From assembly GCF_009914755.1 (NCBI RefSeq), contig NC_060938.1: a stretch of 64,000 bases of DNA, one strand, 5' to 3'. Both the position numbers and the translations under genes were made by a program. Below, piece by piece: positions 54,999-64,000 of this stretch. The notes under the pieces were generated by a model, which saw only the letters and a program-made list of their open reading frames with translations, did not search any database and had not been told where the DNA came from. Position 1 is the stretch's first letter. Each line of letters begins with the position of its first letter. Source of the DNA: the human T2T-CHM13v2.0 reference genome, Homo sapiens.

Positions 54999-55547
54999 CT
55001 TAATAAGAATTCAGAGAAACAGCAGCATTATAGAGCTAGCAAGCAAAACAGACTAAATTGAGAAGATAGTTTTATAGCAGATACACTACTGCTTAAAGCA
55101 TTTAAGATTGTTTTGTTTGCAAAGCCCCTTCTAATGACGCTAACATGAAATAGCTGGCCAAAAAGCTTACTGAAAGTTACAAAAGAAAGTCATCACTGAT
55201 CTCCAAATAATCGACACCTGGATCCCAATAAATGCCTCAAATTTTTTGAGGTATGATATAATAATTCAGTAGATCAGAGTTAAAAGTAATACACTAGAAA
55301 AGAGTGCCCTCTGGTGAGTTAGAATGAAAATACCAATTTTGCTAAAAATTGCATTTGTTAGCCAATTAATGATAAATTGTTCGACCTAATTAGTCCTTTT
55401 CTATTTTTATTATCCATGAGCATGACCTGCCTATGAAGGTATTGATGTTTATTTGTAGTAAATAATTAAGAGGGCTTTACATTAGCTTATCAATCTTTTC
55501 TACTGCAATCTGCTAAAAATAAAACAAGCTATAAAAGATCAAAAACT

Positions 55548-55635
55548 AAAGTCAAACTGAAAATGTTTAATCAGGACTCTAAACGTGAAAGAAAGTCAAA
55601 CTGAAAATGTTTAATCAGGACTCTAAACGTGAAAG
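55548..55635. repeat. Perfect 44-bp tandem duplication
   Basis: AAAGTCAAACTGAAAATGTTTAATCAGGACTCTAAACGTGAAAG x2. Confidence 0.97.
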
Positions 55636-56063
55636 AATTTTTCTCTCTGACACAAAATTCTCCTTACTAAAAGTTGCATAAATTCAAACATATCTCATGT
55701 ATTTCATTATACAGCCCACTAAATAAAATTTACACTATTGACAATGTCTATATTTGGTACAGAAGGACACAGAAGACATTTGTATTCATATAAGAGAAGC
55801 AATAAACACAGCTGTTATAAGAAATCTTTTGTCACCAATTATTTATATGACAAAGAATCAAGAAAAGTCCTGACAAGGAACCTTATTGGGGTCGTGTAAA
55901 TGTTCTAAAGTGAATTAGGGAGGTAGCTGGATAACTCAGTAAATGTATGGAAAAAAAAAGTTATTGAATTGTACACTTAAAGCATTAATTTTATGGTGCA
56001 TTATAGCTCAATCAAGTTTTAAAAAAATAAATAAACATAAGTTTACTTAGGCAGAGCAGAAGT

Positions 56064-56410
56064 TTAGTTTACTCTTGAACAACAGGGATTTTAACTGCAA
56101 AGGTCTACTTATAAGTGGATTTTCTTCTGCCACTACCACTGCTGAGATAGCAAGACCAATTCTTCCTCAGCCTACTCAACTTGAAGGCGGAAGACCTTTA
56201 TGATGATCAACTTCCACTTAATGAATGGTAAATGTATTTTCTCTTCCTTATAATTTTCTTAATAACTGTTTCCTTTAGCTTACTTTATTATAAGAATACA
56301 ATATATAATACATATACAAAATATGTGTTAATTGACTATGTTATTGTCAAGGCTTCCTGTCAACAGTAGGCTATTAGTAGTGAAGTTCTGGGGGAGTCCA
56401 AATTTATACT
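56064..56410 (+). mobile_element. Tigger2a-like DNA transposon relic
   Basis: cttgaacaacaggg...ggattttcttctgcc...gaagacctttatgatgatc. Confidence 0.7.
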
Positions 56411-56686
56411 GTATCCCCAGACTCTGCCTTCAAATAGCTTGCTATCTATTGAAGACTGACAATGAATGAGTAGTTAAAATTTCTCTGATTAAATTCAATA
56501 AGTTGAATGACTTCTATATTTCAGAAAAGAAGGCTGCTCTTATTAGAATCCTATCAAAATTAAAGCAGTCCAAGTAACCACATACTGAAATCAATATCCA
56601 AAATTATTTAGACATCAGCAACTTTGTCACCATAGCTAATACATATGATGATACAGAGTTACTATACTTGGAAGATTGTTTCTCAA

Positions 56687-56997
<311 letters not shown>

Positions 56998-57002
56998 TAA
57001 AA

Positions 57003-57625
57003 GTTTTTTTGAAACATAATTTCATGTATTAATATACATATACATTGTGAAATAACTAGTCAAGCCAATCAACATATCTATCACTTTACTTAGCTAACAT
57101 TATTTTTGCCAATACTGTAGTCACCATTTTGTACATTAGCTCTCTAGAACTTATTCATCCTACATAAGGGAAACTTTGTACTACATATCCCCATTTTCCT
57201 GACCCCTCCCAACCCTGCCCTGCCCCTAGCAACCACCATTCCACTCTCTGCTTCTACGAACTAGACTTTTTGGAGTCCACATTTAAGTAAGATAATGCAG
57301 TATTTATATTTTTGTATCTGCCTTACTTCATTTAGCATAATGTCTTTCAGGTTCATCCATTTGTTGCTGCAAATGACAGGATTTCCTTCTTTTTAAAAAT
57401 TGAACAATATTCCATTGGGCGTATATACGTGTGTATGTGTATTTCTTTATCTGTTCTTTGGTCAATAGATACTTAAATTGTTTCCATATCTTGACTATTG
57501 TGAATAATGCTGCAATGAACATGGGGTGTATAGATGTCTCTTCAAGACACTGATTTCCTTTGGATATGTATCCAGAAGTGGGACTGCTGGATTATTTGGT
57601 AGTTTTATTCTTAATTTTGATATTA
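57003..57625 (-). mobile_element. L1MA/MB 3' end
   Basis: Minus ORF 57328-57522 [15 protein letters not shown] is ORF2 C-terminal-like. Confidence 0.75.
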
Positions 57626-57639
57626 ACATTTCTCTTACA

Positions 57640-58165
57640 CAACTTCTGACATAGGTCCCAATGATCCATGCTTCTTGGTATTCATGCACTTGTGTAATCC
57701 TCTACCCTTGAGTGTAGGCTAGCCCTAGGGACTTTCTTCTAATAAAGAGGACACTGCAGAAGTGATGGGATGTCACTTCCATTATTAGATTGCAAAAAAC
57801 TGACTTCCAATTTGCTAGCATCTTCCCTCTTGCCAGTCATCTTCTTGTCTGCTTGTTCTAATAAAGCAGGCTGCCATGTTATGAGATGCTCTACGGAGAC
57901 GCCACATGTCAAAGAAACAAAAGAAGCCTTTTAACAGGTCATGACAAACTGAAGTCTCAAATCCAGTAACCTACAGGGAACTGAATCCTGACAATGGCTT
58001 GTCATTCCAGTCAAGCCTTGAGAAAAATGCAGCCTGCAAGTGACCCAGAGCCAAAGGACCCAGCAAAGCCACACCTGTCTCTCAACCCACTGAAACTGCC
58101 AAATGAAATGCTGTTTTAAGCCAGCAAGTTAGGGGAAATATGTTACATTAAATGCTAATTGTACA
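57640..58165 (+). mobile_element. MLT1F-like LTR
   Basis: cccaatgatcc...tggtattcatgcacttgtgtaatcc...gaagtgatgggatgtcacttcc. Confidence 0.7.
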
Positions 58166-58986
58166 TACCCAGACACCATGACCATCCCTATGGACCCAGT
58201 ATACAGGTCAGCCCCCACAGATGCAGGCACCAGGCCCACCTCCAGGAACTCAGGTTCCAGGTGCACCTCAGTACTAGACTGGCCCCTGTAAGCACAGGCT
58301 CTGGGCCTTCCCCCGTGGGCCCAGGTACCAGGCCCATCCCAACACCAGGCAGACCCCAACAGACTTAGGCTCTAGTCTCACCACAGTGCCAGACCAGCTC
58401 CTATGGGCATAAGCTCCAAGCCTATCCCTAAGAACCCAGGCACTAGGGACACCCCTGCAGACCCAATCAACTTGCCCCACACCAGTAGACCCTCGTGCCA
58501 GGCCAGCCCCAGAGGAGCCAGGATCCAGGTCCCCCACAGAAGACCCAAAGTCAATGTCTGCCCCAGTGAATACAGGCTCCAGGCTCAAACTCATAAACCC
58601 AGACAACAGGCTAGCCTCTGGGACCCAGATACCAGCTCAGGCCATCTGCTGACCCAGTCACAAGGCCAGCTCCCAAAAAGATACCAGCAGCAAAGCTCAT
58701 TAATGAGCCCTGCTAGAGAGCCTACCAAAAATCTCTGCATAGACTCATTAAGTAAAGGGAGTCCCCTGCCAAAGCCAGTCTATAAAGTCTGGAAGAAGTG
58801 CCTGCTTCTTCAAATGCACAGAAACTAAGGCCATAAGGATCATAAATGATCAGGGAAACATGGTATCACTAAGAGAACAAAATAAAGCACCAGCAAGCAA
58901 TCCCAAAGAAATGGAGATCTTCAAACTGCCTAACAAAGAATACAAAATAATCATCTTAAATAAGTTCAGTGAGCTACAAGAGAATA

Positions 58987-59592
58987 CAGTAGTCCCATTT
59001 TACTCATGCAGGATACACTGCACAATCCCCAGCAGATGCCTGAAACCGAGGATAGTATCAAACCCTATATATACCATGAACAATTTTTCCCTTCATAATT
59101 TCACAGACAGTAAATTTGTTCATATCACAGAAATTAAAAATCTCAGTATATATTTTTTTTCTTTCCTTACTAAGTTGAGAGTTTCACATTTTCAATTAGA
59201 AGAAACACTTTATGGCTTCTCTTTGGCATTGCCAAACTGTCAACCTCACTACTCTGCACTTTGAAGCCATTATTTAGTAAAATAAGGGTTACTTGAACAA
59301 AAGCACTATCAGGTTACTGAGACAGTGAACCTGATAACTGACATGACTGCTAAGCAACTAATGGGTGAGTTGTGTCTATGGCATGGATATAATGAATAAA
59401 GGGATGATTCATGTGCCAAGAGGGATGAAGTGAGACTACTGAAGATTTCATTGCTCTACTCAGAATGGCATGCAATTTAAATCTTATGAATTGTTTATTA
59501 ATGGAATTTTTCATTTACTATTTTTATATTGCAATTGACCACAGGAAGCTGAAACCATAGAGAGCAAAACTATGGGAAAGGACAAGCTTCTG
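58987..59592 (+). mobile_element. MER44B-like (Tigger) element inserted in L1 ORF1
   Basis: CAGTAGTCCC...CTG termini flanked by TA at 58985-58986 and 59593-59594; L1 ORF1 resumes after it. Confidence 0.75.
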
Positions 59593-61796
59593 TACAGACA
59601 ACAAAATCAGAAAATTGTTGCATGAACAAAATTAGAAATTCAGCAGAGATAGAAACCATCAAAAAGAACAAAACAGAAATTCTTAATCTAAACAACACAA
59701 TGACTGAACTGAATAATTCCAGAGCAATCTTGAAGCAAACTAGATCATGAGCTCAAAGACAGGTCATTTGAAATTGCCCACTCAGAGAAACAAAAAAAAC
59801 AAGAAAGAAAAAGAATTAAGAGAGGCTATGGAATTTATGAGATACTATCAAGTAAAGAAATTTACTCATAATGGAAGTCCCAGAAGGAGCAAAGAAAGAG
59901 AAGGAGATGAGAGGAGTTTACTTAAAGAAATAATAGCAGAAAATTTCCTATATCTGGAAAAAGAACATCCAGATCCTTGAAGATCAAATAACTACAAATA
60001 GATTAAATATAAAGAGATCTTACTGAAACGCACAATAATCAAATTCTCAAAAGGCAAAAACAAAGAGAAAATGCCGAAAGCAGCATGAGAGAAACAACTC
60101 ATCACATACAAGGGAACCCTTATGAGACTATCAGTGAATTTCTCAGCAGAAACCAGGAGAGAATGAGATGATAAATTCAAAGTCCTGGCAGGGGGTGGGG
60201 GGAGACAGGTGCTGCCAACCAAGAATATCATAACCATTAATTTGCCTTACAAGAAATATAAAAGGGAGTTCTTCAAGACAAAATGAGAGAATGCTAATAA
60301 CATAAAAGCATATGAAAGCATAAAATTCACTGTAAAAGTATGAATATACTCAAATTATAATACTCTAATACTTATAATGGTAGTGTTTAAGTTACTTTTA
60401 ACTCTAGTTTAAAAGACAAAAGTATTAAGAATATAGCTGCTATAATTTTAATGGATACACAATATTTAAAGAGGTAAACTGTAACATCAATAATGTAAAA
60501 TGGGAGGGGAAGTTAAGTGTAGACTCTGTATGCAGTCAAAGTTAAGTTGTCATCAGCTTAAAATAGATTGTTACAAGACATTTTATGTAAATACCATGGT
60601 AACCACAAAGAAAAAAACTTGTGCATATTTAAAAGACAGAGAAAGCAGTCAAAGCATACCACTACAGAAAATTATCAAATCACAAAGGAAGACAGAGAGA
60701 AAAAAATAAATGAAGAAACTATAAAACATTCAGAAAACAATTAAGAAAACGGCAGTAGCAAGTTCCTACCTATAAATAAATGTTTTAAATGTAAACAAAT
60801 TAAATTCTCCAGTCAAAAGACATAGAGTAGCTACTTAGACTTTTTCTAATGACCCAACTGTATGCTGCCTAAAGAGACTCATAAATAGACTTTAGAGATA
60901 CAAATAGACCAAAAAATGAAGGGATGGAAAAAGGTATTCTACACAAATGGAAACTAGAAGAAAACAGAGGTAGCTATACTTACATCAGAGAAAATACACT
61001 ATAAGTCAAAAAATGTAAAAAGAAACAAGCTCATTAAATAATTATAAAGGAGTCAATTCATCAAGAGGATATAATTGTAAATGTATACGCACCTAATCAG
61101 AGCACCTAAATATATAAAGCAAATCTTAATAGATCTGAAGAAAAAGATTAAACAGAAATACAATAGTAGTTTTGTGGACAATGGACATATCATCCAGACG
61201 GAAAGTCTATAGAGAAACATTAGACTTGATCTACACTTTAGAACAAGTGGACCTAACAAACATATACAGAACATTCCATCAAACAGCAGCAGAATACACA
61301 TTCTTCTCAAGCATGCACAGAACATTCTCCAGGATAGATCATGTTAGGCCACAAAACAAGTCTTAACATATTTAAGAAAATAAGTGTCCCTTTAGATCAC
61401 AGTGGTATAAAACTAGATATAAATGAATAGGAAAATTCACTAATATGTGGAAATTAAACTACACAATTCTGAACAATCAATGGGTCAAATAAAAAATTTA
61501 AAAGAAAATGAAAAAATTCCTTGATACAAATGTGAACAGAAATACAATACACCAAAACTTATGGGATGCAAAAAAGCAGTTCTAAGAGGGAGTTTTATGG
61601 CAATAAATGCCTACATTTAGAAAAAGATCTCAAATAAATAACCTAACTATACCTCAAGAAACTAAAAAACAAAATTAAACTAAACTAAGCCACTGTCAAT
61701 AGAAGAAAGGAAATCACAAAGATTGCAGCAAAAATAAATGAAATAGACTAGAAAAACAATAGAAAAGATCCATGAAACTAACAGTTGTTTGGGTAA

Positions 61797-61930
61797 ACTT
61801 TTATTTTAGGTTCAGGGGTACATGGGCAGGTTTGTTACATAGGTAAACTTGTGTCACAGAGGTTTGTTGTACAGATTATTTCTTCACCCAGGTATTAAGC
61901 CTAGTACCCAGGAGTTATTTTTTTCTGCTT
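61797..61930 (-). mobile_element. Short L1PA 3'-end fragment inserted in the old L1
   Basis: ttttattttaggttcaggggtacatgggcaggtttgttacatagg. Confidence 0.75.
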
Positions 61931-64000
61931 AAAGTTAGTTTTTTGAAAAGATAAAGAAAACTGACAAAATGCTAGCTAGACTGAATAAGGAAAAAAAGAG
62001 TAATGACTCAAGTCAATAAAATCAAAAGTAAAAGAGGAGACATTACAAATGATACCACAAAAATACAAAGTCTTATAAGAAAATACTATGAACAATTTTA
62101 TGCCAACAAATTGGATAACCTAGGAGAAATGGGTAAATTCCTAAAAACCTACAACTTACCAAGACTGAGTCACAAAGAAACAGAAAATCCAAACAAACCA
62201 ATAATGAGTAAGGTGATTGAATCAGTAATCAAAGACCTCCCAACAAAGAAAAGCCCAGAACCTGATTACTTCACAGGTAAAATCTACCAAACATGTAAAG
62301 AAAAGCTAATGCCAATCCTTCTCAAGCTCTTCCAAAAAACTGAAGATAAGAGAACATGTCCAACCTCATCCTATGAGGCCAGCAGTACCATGAGACCAAA
62401 GACACTACTAAAAAAGATAATTACAAGCCAATATCCCCGATGAACACAGATGTAAAAATCCTCTGCAAAATACTAGCAAACCAAATTCAGTAGCACATTA
62501 AAAGAATCATTACACCAATCATTACACCATGATCACTTAGTATTTATCCCCAGAATACAAAGCTGCAAATCAATAAGTGTAACATACCATATTAACAGAA
62601 TAAAGAATAAAAATCATATGGTCTTCTCCATAGATGCAGAAAAAGCATTTAATATAATTCAACATCTTTTCATGATAAAAAGAGAAACTTCCAATAAATT
62701 AGACATAGAATGAGTTTATTTTAGCATAATAAAGGCCATATACAACAAGCCAACAGCTAACATAGTACTCAACAGTAAAAATCTAAAAGCTTTTTCCCTA
62801 AGATCAGAAAAAGCCACGGATGCCCAGTATGAACACTTCCATTCAACGTAGTACTGAAGGTCCTGGCCAAAGCAAGTATGCAAGAAAAAGAAATAAAAGG
62901 CATCTAGATGAGGAAGGAAGAAGTCAAATTGTCCCTGTTTTCAGATGACATGATCTTATATACAGAAAGCCCTAAAGAGGCCCCTAAAAAAAACTGTTAG
63001 AAGTAATAAACAAATTCAGTAAAGTTGCAGAAATCAAAATTAAACATACAAGAATCAGCAGCATTTCTATACATAACAACTCAAAAAAAAAAAGTCCTGT
63101 TCACTATAGCACCCAAAAAATACGAAGAAATAAATTTACCTAAGGTGATGAAAGATTTGTACTCTGAAAATAAAAAAAATTAAAGAAAGAGGAAGTCAAC
63201 AATGTAAAATCTTGGTAAAAGAAAATAGCCAGTGGAAAAAAAAATCAAGATATACAGAGAAAGCCACATAACGTAGGCACTATAGACCATGGTAAAGAAT
63301 TTGGAACGAAAGAAACCCAGGTAGGATTTTTAAACCTGGAGGAATAATTAAACATAATGACAATTTAAAAAAATAATTTGCCTGCAGTGAGAAGCACAGA
63401 TAAAGGCAGGTATGGGAGCAGAGGGACCAACTTCATTGGATGCCACTGCAGTAAACCCACTGAGAAGAGATGGTAGCTTGAAAAGTAGTATTAGAAGTAG
63501 ATGGAATTGAGCAAGATTTCAGAAATTAAAGGGACAGGATTTTGTAATGGATTGGAAGTATGGTGTAAAGAAATGGATCTAGATGAATCCTTGGTGACCA
63601 GCTTAACGTGCTGGATGGAATATGATGCCATTTCCTGAGACAGTGAAGACCAAAGTAAGTAAAAACAACCCTAAATGAAGGTTGTGGACCTTAACCTAAA
63701 GACATATATTTATAGCTTTTGAGTGATGACATAATTCCTAATAATAAGAATTATTTTAAAGAAAGTATATTTTAGAACTTCTTTATTTTTTCTTTCTCTG
63801 AGACCTAAGGGAAAAATATTAGAAATGTAATCCAATACTAAAAAATTCGTATTTACCAGAATACCATTATCAACTAAGTTTAAGACTAGAATACCAAAAA
63901 TTCCTAAATCTCCATATTTGGTTATAAAAATAGCAAAATAACAAGAATAAAAATTAGAATGGCTTTTAAGATTAGTATTTAATGAAAGGTCAAACAAAAG

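Larger units (their letters stand above)
58166..63190 (+). mobile_element. Old L1M: 5'UTR, ORF1 and most of ORF2, no 3' end in this orientation
   Basis: ORF1-like 58860.. and 59747..; ORF2-like 61172-61366 and 62003-62443. Confidence 0.8.

Noticed and set aside
58166-58800. GC-richer segment as a host promoter or CpG island
   Set aside because: CpG-depleted and directly upstream of L1 ORF1, so best read as an old L1 5'UTR. The same applies to 1-800.

Overview
Human (primate) genomic DNA, AT-rich and dominated by repeats. It lies inside a large minus-strand gene that I recognise from its translated exons as CEP128 (centrosomal coiled-coil protein, 14q31 from memory). Five GT-AG coding exons splice in frame: A 54998-54882, B 32893-32807, C 30403-30329, D 28462-28330 and E 23419-23268, together 188 codons (about residues 216-403 by recollection). 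The ORF track contains none of these exons. The rest is intron: many Alus, old L1M pieces, one young 5'-truncated L1PA2-like copy, MaLR LTRs, L2/MIR and DNA-transposon relics. Main observations: (1) exons B-E form a 447-nt (149-codon) cluster between two introns over 20 kb, bracketed by oppositely oriented Alus. Every back-splice from the exon E donor to acceptor A, B, C or D gives a circle divisible by 3 with a stop-free frame and in-frame ATGs, a candidate rolling-circle-translated circRNA family. (2) A three-layer nested insertion: a full-length HMGN2 retrocopy with an intact ORF inside a complete THE1A element inside an AluJ, all with TSDs. The retrocopy is antisense to CEP128 and offers in-frame splice acceptors. 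Repeat subfamily calls are by eye and many boundaries are approximate.
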